A stretch of 64,000 bases of DNA from an uncultured Chloroflexia bacterium. Its GTDB lineage: Bacteria > Chloroflexota > Limnocylindria > Limnocylindrales > CSP1-4. The translations under genes and the position numbers were made by a program. The stretch is taken from assembly GCA_963712585.1 (NCBI GenBank), contig CAVQIH010000015.1, positions 6,886-70,885 on the forward strand, in the 5' to 3' direction. Shown in pieces: positions 57,544 to 64,000 of the stretch. A model generated the notes under the pieces. The model saw only the letters and a program-made list of their open reading frames with translations. It was not told where the DNA came from and did no database searches. Each line of letters starts with the position of its first letter. The first letter of the stretch is position 1.

Positions 57544-57817
57544 GGTCCCTCCCGTCACGGTCCGCGCGTCCATGGATCGCCGGGCGAGGTCGCGCTGCAC
57601 CGTGGCCGCCGATCTTACGCGAGCGGTGCCCGCATTCCAACTCCCCGGGGCGAATGCACGCCGGCTCGATCTGGCCGATATTCCACAAGGGCCATCGACA
57701 CCGGTGGGAGAATCCTCGCGCGGGGGGCGCCGACGCGCGGTCCACACCTCAGCCGCCGGGACCGCGCCGAGCCACTGGCGAGACTGGCCCGCTTGAGCGC
57801 GTCCCGGAGGAGATGAC

Positions 57818-59638
57818 ATGGGCGGGCGCGGCCGGGCCGGCCGGTTGATGGTCGGCGTCACCATCGCCTCGTTGCTGGGCGGATGCGGGACCGCTACCCC
57901 GTCGCCACCACCGTCGAACGCTCCGTCGGCCGGGGCTCCGTCGACGTCCATCGCGACGCCGTCGGCCTCGGCGGTCAGCCCGCCAGCGACGATCGAACTC
58001 ACCGGGTTCAGCGTGCGCGCGTTCGGCCTCGGGGTCACCACCAGCGCGTACTTCGCGGTCGACGTGGCCGGGAACGTCTACCTCCCCGGAGGATCGGTGG
58101 GCGCGGCCCTCGTGAAGATGGCCCCCGACGGCAGCGCGCTCGCCCGCTGGGCCGGGTTCGACGTCGTGCCGGGTCAGCCCGACACGGTCGTGGGCATCGC
58201 GATCGACGCGGCCTCCGGTGACGTCTGGGTCACCGACACCACCGCCGACGCGGTGGTGCATCTGGCGCCCGATCTCACGCAGAAGGCGAAGTGGGGATCG
58301 ACCGGCCCCGGCAAGGGCCAGTTCTTCAGCCCCGGCGGGATCGCCATCGACCCGCAGGGGAACATCGTCGTCGCGGACATGGGCAACGACCGCATCGAGA
58401 CGTTCACGCCCGACGGGAAGGTGGTCTCCGTCTGGGACGCGCCCGGCGGGAAGACCGCGCCTGTCGACGTGACGACCGATGCCAAAGGCAACGTGTACGC
58501 CTCCGGCGTGCAGCCGAACATGTTCGCCGTCACGGGCGGCACGATCGCGAAACTCTCGTCCACCGGCAGCCTGCAATTCAAGCTCCCGGATGCCGCGGGC
58601 CTCGCCTCGCTCCTATTCCCGTCTACCGCGGTCGATGCCACCGGGAATATCTACGTCGCGGACGCCTGGCTGGGTCTCCTGGAGTTCACGCCGGACGGGA
58701 AGCAGTCGGGCACCTGGCCGATCCCCGGCGGCGGCGAGGCCGCCGTCGCGGTGCGCGTGGCACCGTCCGGGAACATCTACACGCTCGCCTGCCTGGGTGC
58801 CAACGGCGACTGCACGCTCGCCGAGAACACGCCCGCGATGCAGCAGGTCGCGACCTGGCATGCGGCCACGCCGGTCGACCATCCCGGGACGATGATCGAC
58901 GTGGGCGGCCACCGCCTCTACCTCCAGTGCGTCGGCTCGGGGAGCCCGACGATCGTCTGGGAGGCCGGAGCCCAGGGGTCCGGCTGGCTGAACACCGCGC
59001 AGTACCTGATGGGCAAGCTGGCGGAGACGAGCCGCGTCTGCGTCTACGACCGGGCGGGCCTGGGGTGGAGTGACCCCGGCCCGAACGAGGAGCTCAGCCA
59101 CTGGTCCCAGGTGGTCAACGACCTGCACACGGCCCTGGCGACGGCCGGCGAGAAGGGACCGTACGTGATGGCCGGTCACTCGTACGGCGGACTTCTTGCG
59201 AGGCTGTTCGCCCTCACCTATCCGGAGGAGGTTGCCGGCGTCGTCGCCGTCGATCCGTCCCCCGAGGACGAGACGTGCACCGACGCTCCGTGCCCCCTGT
59301 CGCCGGACGTCCAGGCGATGCGCAAGCTCGAGGGCGGCAAGATCGCGGGTTCGCTCGGCGACCTCCCGCTCGTCGTGATCTCCCACTCACCGGACCTGCC
59401 GTTCTGGGACCCGGCTGCCCACGACGCGACCTGGGAGCAGCTCGGGGCCGACACCGCCACCGCGTCGTCCAACGCCGCGCACGTGATCGCGTCGTGGTCC
59501 ACCCACCTGATCCCGTACTCCCAGCCCGGCCTGGTGATCGAGGCGGTGAGGCAGGTGGTGGCAGCGGCGCGGGCGTCCGACCACGCGCTGCCCGCGTGCG
59601 GCCCAGCGATCACACAGCTCGGAGGGCTGTGTCAATAG
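57818..59638 (+). CDS. lipoprotein fusing an NHL-repeat beta-propeller to an alpha/beta-hydrolase domain
   Basis: Track ORF 57818..59638. It has the lipobox SLLGGC and NHL-type repeats (GPGKGQFFSPGGIAIDPQGNIVVADMGNDRIETF). The hydrolase part has IVWEAGAQGS, the nucleophile elbow AGHSYGG, and a late H in STHLIP. Confidence 0.75.
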   Translation: MGGRGRAGRLMVGVTIASLLGGCGTATPSPPPSNAPSAGAPSTSIATPSASAVSPPATIELTGFSVRAFGLGVTTSAYFAVDVAGNVYLPGGSVGAALVKMAPDGSALARWAGFDVVPGQPDTVVGIAIDAASGDVWVTDTTADAVVHLAPDLTQKAKWGSTGPGKGQFFSPGGIAIDPQGNIVVADMGNDRIETFTPDGKVVSVWDAPGGKTAPVDVTTDAKGNVYASGVQPNMFAVTGGTIAKLSSTGSLQFKLPDAAGLASLLFPSTAVDATGNIYVADAWLGLLEFTPDGKQSGTWPIPGGGEAAVAVRVAPSGNIYTLACLGANGDCTLAENTPAMQQVATWHAATPVDHPGTMIDVGGHRLYLQCVGSGSPTIVWEAGAQGSGWLNTAQYLMGKLAETSRVCVYDRAGLGWSDPGPNEELSHWSQVVNDLHTALATAGEKGPYVMAGHSYGGLLARLFALTYPEEVAGVVAVDPSPEDETCTDAPCPLSPDVQAMRKLEGGKIAGSLGDLPLVVISHSPDLPFWDPAAHDATWEQLGADTATASSNAAHVIASWSTHLIPYSQPGLVIEAVRQVVAAARASDHALPACGPAITQLGGLCQ

Positions 59639-59743
59639 CGCACGCTACGACCCGCCCATGGCCTGCCGCCTACGGCAAGATCGACGGGTCTGAGCTCAAT
59701 CCGGCTGCGAGGTACTCGTGCGCCTCGGCGAGCCGCTTGCTTG

Positions 59744-59768
59744 TGGCGCCCCCGGACGGACTCGAACC
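59744..59768 (-). repeat. orphan copy of the 3' 25 nt of tRNA-Arg(CCU) (att-like direct repeat)
   Basis: TGGCGCCCCCGGACGGACTCGAACC is identical to 61252-61276. No matching 5' acceptor strand or D/anticodon arms can be found next to it. Confidence 0.8.
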
Positions 59769-59998
59769 CCCAGTACCAACGCAGCGTGCTGGACTGGTAT
59801 CTCGAAGTGGGCTAGCCCCTCCCCAACCCTCGTCCCAGGATGATCTGGCCGGAGTTCGTGGATGAGCACAGCCACACCGAGATCTCGTGATCCCAGTCAC
59901 GAACGTTCCGACCTCGGGTCACCGTTCATCGGTCGTCGCGTGACGATAGGTTCGACCGCCGACCGGCGGGTTGCGTCCATCGGCATCGGTGTTGCACC

Positions 59999-60985
59999 AT
60001 GCCCCGCGTGGAGCCCTCCGAGGAGATCCGTCGCGTCGTCGAGCGGTGGACCATCGCGATCGCGGCGGGCGACGAAGAGGCGTACCTCGGGCGGCTTTCC
60101 GACCACGCTGGCACCCTGATGATCGGCACTGACCCCGCCGAGTGGTTTCGGGGCAGCGAGACCCGCGCGATCTGGGCCCGACAGATGCAGGAGACCGGCG
60201 CCTTCCCGGTCACGGCCACCGAGATCCAGGCCTGGGAGGAAGGGTCGGTCGGCTGGGCCGGGGTGAAGGAGTTGATCAGCTGGGAGGGCGAAGCGCTCGA
60301 GTCGCGCGCGACCTACATCCTCCACCTCGAGCGAGGGGAGTGGAAGGTCGTCCACGTCCACTGGTCGTTCGCGCGATCGAATTTGGAGACCCTCGGCCGG
60401 TCGCTCACCGTCTCGCTCGACGAGCTCGAGCGGACGATCCAGCGCGAGCGGCCGGACCTGTCGGCTTCGCTGGCCGTCGATGGAACGGTCACGATCATGT
60501 TCACCGACATCGTCGACTCGACACCCATGCTCGCCCGCCTCGGCGACCGGGCCTGGCTCGAGGTCATCCGGCGCCACAACCGGCTCATCGAGGCGGTGAC
60601 GGCCGCCCACGGCGGCACCGTCGCCGGGACGCAGGGCGACGGGTCGATGCTGGCCTTCTCGAGCGCCCGGCGGGCGGTCGCGTGCGCGCAGGCGATCCAG
60701 CTCGAGATCGAGCGAGAGTTCGGCAACCTCGCGCCGCCGATCCGCGTGCGGATCGGCATCCACACGGGCGACGCGATCAAGGAGGCCGAGCAATACATCG
60801 GCAGCACCGTGCACTTCGCGGCACGCGTCGCGGGACAGGCGATCGGCGGCGAGGTGCTCGTGTCCAGTGCCGTGTACGAGCTCGTCCACGCCTCGACCCC
60901 GGCGGTAACGTTCCTCGAGGGTCGCGAGGTGGAGATCAAGGGGATTGCCGGCCGGCACCGGGTGTACGCGCTCGCCCCCGCCTGA
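59999..60985 (+). CDS. class III adenylate/guanylate cyclase with an N-terminal SnoaL/NTF2-like domain
   Basis: Track ORF 59999..60985. The N-terminal approx. 125 aa are NTF2-like (VVERWTIAIAAGDEEAY...ATYILHLERGEWKVVHVHWS). The cyclase part has VTIMFTDIVDST, GTQGDGSMLAF, RIGIHTGDA and HFAARV. Confidence 0.8.
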   Translation: MPRVEPSEEIRRVVERWTIAIAAGDEEAYLGRLSDHAGTLMIGTDPAEWFRGSETRAIWARQMQETGAFPVTATEIQAWEEGSVGWAGVKELISWEGEALESRATYILHLERGEWKVVHVHWSFARSNLETLGRSLTVSLDELERTIQRERPDLSASLAVDGTVTIMFTDIVDSTPMLARLGDRAWLEVIRRHNRLIEAVTAAHGGTVAGTQGDGSMLAFSSARRAVACAQAIQLEIEREFGNLAPPIRVRIGIHTGDAIKEAEQYIGSTVHFAARVAGQAIGGEVLVSSAVYELVHASTPAVTFLEGREVEIKGIAGRHRVYALAPA

Positions 60986-61251
60986 CGTCCAGCTCATCGA
61001 CCGAGCGCGTGGTCGAGGTCTTCCGCGGCAAGGAGCTGCCGCCGACCGGGTCGACCGGCCAGGTTTCGCTGCAGGCACGCAGCTCGGACGGCGTCACGTG
61101 AGAGGCCACCCCGGGATCTCCCTTCCATGCCTGGCGTACCGAGAGACCGTCGCCGTCGGGGCCGTCAGGGCGTTCAGTAGCCAGGGACCGTCTAGGCGGA
61201 ATCGAGTGGACCCTGCCTGGTCGCCCGTTCGTCGGGGAAGCTGCGTGGGTA

Positions 61252-61327
61252 TGGCGCCCCCGGACGGACTCGAACCGCCGACGCAGGCCTTAGGACGGCC
61301 TCGCTCTGTCCACTGAGCTACGGGGGC
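61252..61327 (-). tRNA. tRNA-Arg (anticodon CCU), with encoded CCA
   Basis: Hand-folded cloverleaf: GCCCCCG-TA-GCTC-AGTGGACAG-GAGC-G-AGGCC-GTCCTAA-GGCCT-GCGTC-GGCGG-TTCGAGT-CCGTC-CGGGGGC-G-CCA. Confidence 0.9.
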
Positions 61328-61439
61328 GCGGGCTCCGGCCAGCGTACTACGTCCGTCGCGCCGCGCACCGGGACGACGGTCCCTGCGGTGCCCTCGGCCC
61401 ACGCCGCCGAGAAGGGGCGCGACGGCACGGCGACGTAGA

Positions 61440-61769
61440 ATGCGCGCGATGGACCGCGCCAGCGCCCCCGATCGGACCGTGCCCAGCTCCCCTCCCCTGC
61501 CCGGTCTGCGGCTCTACGGCACGCTCGGCTGCCATCTCTGCGAACAGACGAAGGCGGATCTCGGGAGGATCCTGACCGAACGCGCCTCGCTCGGGCTTGC
61601 CGTGCCCCAGATGGTCGAGGTGGACATCGCGGATGACGCCGCGCTGACGGCCGCCTTCGGCGAGTCCATCCCGGTCGTCGAGCTCGGGCAACGCCGCCTC
61701 GAGCTCGCCACCAGCCCGGCCCGCCTGCGCAGCCTGCTCCACGACGTCCTCGACGCCTCAGACGCCTGA
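61440..61769 (+). CDS. glutaredoxin-like (thioredoxin-fold, CxxC) small protein
   Basis: Track ORF 61440..61769. LRLYGTLGCHLCEQTKADL followed by IPVVEL fits a glutaredoxin-like fold. Confidence 0.65.
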   Translation: MRAMDRASAPDRTVPSSPPLPGLRLYGTLGCHLCEQTKADLGRILTERASLGLAVPQMVEVDIADDAALTAAFGESIPVVELGQRRLELATSPARLRSLLHDVLDASDA

Positions 61770-61776
61770 CCGACCA

Positions 61777-62601
61777 GTGGCCGGCTCCGACCTCACGATC
61801 CTCGTCGCGCTGGCCGCCGGTCTCCTCAGCTTCCTCTCGCCCTGCGTCCTGCCGCTCGTCCCGGGATACCTCGGCCAGCTCACCGTGGTCGCCGTTGCAT
61901 CCCGCGGGGACGGGCGCGATCCAGGCCGCTGGGTGGCCGTGCGCCATGCGCTCGCGTACGTCTCCGGCTTCGGCCTGGTCTTCACCCTGCTGGGCCTGAC
62001 GGCGACGTTCGTCGGGGGTCCTCTCGCCGGTGCACTGCCGGCCCTCCGTCAAGTCGGTGGTCTCGTGCTCATCGTCATGGGGCTCAACCTGGCCGGGATC
62101 CTCACCCTGCCGGCCCTCGAACGGCTCGTCCAGCGGGTCTGGCGTCCGCTGGAGGCCGGGGCCGCGGGCTCGCTGGCCAGCGCTGGCGGAACCGTCGCAC
62201 TCGGCAGCCCCGGCGGGGGCATCGGTGACCGAATTGGCGGGCGCCTGGTGGCCGCGCGTGGCGGCTGGGTCGCCTCATTCGGCCTGGGGGTGATCTTCGC
62301 CGTCGGGTGGACCCCCTGCATCGGCGTGATCCTGGGGAGCGTCCTGACACTCGCCGCCGAGAGCGGCCAGGCCCTCCAGGGCGGAGTCCTACTGCTGGCC
62401 TACACGGCCGGGCTGGGAATCCCGTTCCTGGTCCTGGGCGCCCTGTACGACCGCGCTCCTGCGATCGTCCATCCGCTTGTTCGCCACGGCCGAATTGTCG
62501 CCCTCATCGGCGGATTGCTCGTGGTCGCGGTCGGCGTTGCCATGCTCATGGACTGGCTCGTCCTGCTACCCCGGTACATTCCGATCAACGCCGGTGTCTG
62601 A
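61777..62601 (+). CDS. ccdA: cytochrome c biogenesis / thiol-disulfide transporter CcdA (DsbD-beta family)
   Basis: Track ORF 61777..62601. It has FLSPCVLPLVPGYL and a second Cys motif, GWTPCIGVILG, with six TM segments. Confidence 0.85.
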   Translation: MAGSDLTILVALAAGLLSFLSPCVLPLVPGYLGQLTVVAVASRGDGRDPGRWVAVRHALAYVSGFGLVFTLLGLTATFVGGPLAGALPALRQVGGLVLIVMGLNLAGILTLPALERLVQRVWRPLEAGAAGSLASAGGTVALGSPGGGIGDRIGGRLVAARGGWVASFGLGVIFAVGWTPCIGVILGSVLTLAAESGQALQGGVLLLAYTAGLGIPFLVLGALYDRAPAIVHPLVRHGRIVALIGGLLVVAVGVAMLMDWLVLLPRYIPINAGV

Positions 62602-63307
62602 GGAGCCCCACGGCGCTCCGGGCCGGCCACCGGACCGTCCTCCGTTTCGCCACGAGCGTGAGCGCCACGGGCTCGTCGGGCCCTTCACCGGCCGCCAGCT
62701 CAGCTTCGCCCTGGTCGTCGTCCTCTCCGCCACCGCCGCTCTTCTCATCGCGACCGCACCGATCGCGTCGGTCGACGACGCCAGCCAGCTGCCCGATCCG
62801 CGCGCCACCCAGTACGCAATCGCCTCGCCGGTCGAAGGACTGCGGGTGGGCGACCGGCCACCGGAGCTCTCGCTGATCGGGCCCGACGGGACGGTCGTAT
62901 CGGTGACGGACCTTGCCGGCCAGCCGGTCTCTCTCGCGGCGCTGCAGGGCAAGGTCGTCTGGATCGACTTCTGGGCGAGCTGGTGCCCACCGTGCCAGGC
63001 CGAGACGCCGATCCTCCGTGAGCTCGCCCAGATCTACCGGGACCGCGGGCTCGTGATCCTGGCGATCAGTGTCCAGGAGAGCACCGCCGATGACGTCCGC
63101 GCCTACGCCGACCGATATGGCCTGTCATACGCGATCGTGGCCGACCTGAGCGGCCAGATCTTCCGTCAGTACCGCGTCTATGGGCTGCCGACCCAGTTCT
63201 TCCTCGATCGCGACGGGGTAATCCGCAGCGTCGTGCAGGGACCGGTCGATCGCGACGCCGCCGCGGCGCTGCTCGAGCGGCTCCTGGGCCGCGGCGACGC
63301 TCCCTGA
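62594..63307 (+). CDS. TlpA/ResA-family membrane-anchored thiol-disulfide oxidoreductase
   Basis: Frame of track ORF 62477..63307. It has a TM anchor (LSFALVVVLSATAALLIA), FWASWCPPCQAE and YGLPTQFFLDRDG. I placed the start at GTG 62594, which overlaps the end of ccdA. Confidence 0.8.
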   Translation: MSEEPHGAPGRPPDRPPFRHERERHGLVGPFTGRQLSFALVVVLSATAALLIATAPIASVDDASQLPDPRATQYAIASPVEGLRVGDRPPELSLIGPDGTVVSVTDLAGQPVSLAALQGKVVWIDFWASWCPPCQAETPILRELAQIYRDRGLVILAISVQESTADDVRAYADRYGLSYAIVADLSGQIFRQYRVYGLPTQFFLDRDGVIRSVVQGPVDRDAAAALLERLLGRGDAP

Positions 63308-63599
63308 CGCCTGAGCGCTCCGCGCTTCCCCGGAGGACCGGCCCGAACCCTCGCATACGCACGCCCACGGAACGCTATCCAGGGTTGCGCATCGGCAATC
63401 CCGGCTTACGAACGCGACGCGAGCATTGAGGACGGTATCCGCGCCATCGGCCGCGAAGATCTCGTTCGGGAGGCCTGGCTGCGACCGGCAGAGCGCAACG
63501 GACTGACGTTTGCGTTCCTGGGGTGTTCATTAGCCAGGATCGGCGGACGCGCAGGTGGTAGAGCTGGCCGACCACGCCGACGGGGCCGAGCGCGCGGTC

Positions 63600-64000
63600 T
63601 CAGAGCACCACGAAACGGAAGCGGTCGCCGCTCGCGCTCGAGCCGGCCGACCGGCCGGCGGAGCTCGTGGGAGAGGACGATCGTCCAGCCTTCGTCGGCG
63701 GCGCGGCCGAACAGCGACGCCTTGGCGGCCACCGAGTCGAGCGGGAAATCGTCGAAGGAGGTCACCCAGCGAGGGTTGGCGCTCCACGGGCGCATGCACA
63801 GGTCGCCGAGGAAGCCGAGCGGCGGCTCGCCGGCCGCGCGCACGACGACCGCCTGGTGCCCACCGGAGTGGCCGCCCGTGGGGACGACCGAGACCCCCGG
63901 CAGGAGCTCCACCTCGCCGTCGGCGGCGCCCTCCGTCGCCCCACTCCTGAACGAGCTGGAGCTCGGGCTGGTCGTAGCTGGCGACGAGCCGCGGGTTGTC
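63600..64000 (-). CDS. MBL-fold metallo-hydrolase C-terminal part (5' end beyond the window), with at least one apparent frameshift
   Basis: Track ORF 63406..63912 reads VELLPGVSVVPTGGHSGGHQAVVV...WTIVLSHE. The natural end GDRFRFVVL-stop (TGA at 63602-63600) is reached only after a shift near 63627-63633. The text upstream of about 63925 (NPRLVASYDQPELQLV) looks coding in yet another frame. Confidence 0.6.

Noticed and set aside
59744-59830. A second complete tRNA gene, or one bearing a long variable arm.
   Set aside because: Identity to tRNA-Arg stops after 25 nt. The T-stem would be mismatched, and no 5' acceptor strand (GCCCCCG) or D arm exists upstream.
63308-63599. A gene or RNA in the lower-GC convergent spacer between tlpA and the MBL gene, including track ORF 63375..63575.
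   Set aside because: The ORF is Arg-rich with no start context. The plus-strand text that looks protein-like (IEDGIRAIGREDLV) has no start codon and continues as an antisense shadow. I saw no convincing structure.
1-64000. CRISPR arrays, IS elements or transposases, integrases, prophage genes, toxin-antitoxin pairs and restriction-modification or other defence modules.
   Set aside because: I found no spaced direct repeats, terminal inverted repeats or matching protein motifs while reading either strand. The lone methyltransferase (55801-56472) is a small-molecule or class I type with no nuclease partner.

Overview
This is a very GC-rich bacterial chromosomal segment (GC judged by eye, not computed). 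It is almost entirely core housekeeping. From left to right it holds: a broken gamma-glutamyltransferase gene; the minus-strand run hyp-hflX-miaA-miaB-PHP-ymdB-rny-recX-recA-tgt-ruvB-ruvA-ruvC-yebC; an EF-G paralog; and a histidine locus (hisA divergent from yerC-hisG-D-C-B-H-F-IE). These are followed by tyrS, a class A PBP, mutS2-mpg-cvpA, and the classical thrS-infC-rpmI-rplT-pheS-pheT block preceded by a T-box leader and tRNA-Val. Next come membrane and redox proteins, asparaginase, an MFS transporter, DUF951, two DUF881 genes, an MA peptidase, a peptide-type substrate-binding protein and a glycogen-debranching-type enzyme. RNase Y, YmdB, the T-box and YerC together suggest a Terrabacteria lineage (Chloroflexota- or Actinomycetota-like). 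The only accessory-looking stretch is about 55.8-61.3 kb. It holds a methyltransferase, two unusual lipoproteins and a cyclase gene bracketed by a 25-nt duplication of the tRNA-Arg 3' end. I saw no CRISPR array, IS element, integrase or recognisable defence or toxin system. The main signals are: (1) many frame disruptions clustered in thrS and yebC, which could be pseudogenes or assembly indels; (2) three CTGA stop/start junctions that imply CTG initiation; (3) a miaA-hflX ORF with no stop between the two parts; (4) a pair of DnaA-box-like sites in a low-GC spacer; (5) an att-like tRNA scar; (6) a 1.3-kb insertion splitting pheS from pheT. Coordinates not taken from the ORF track were counted by hand and may be off by 1-2 nt.
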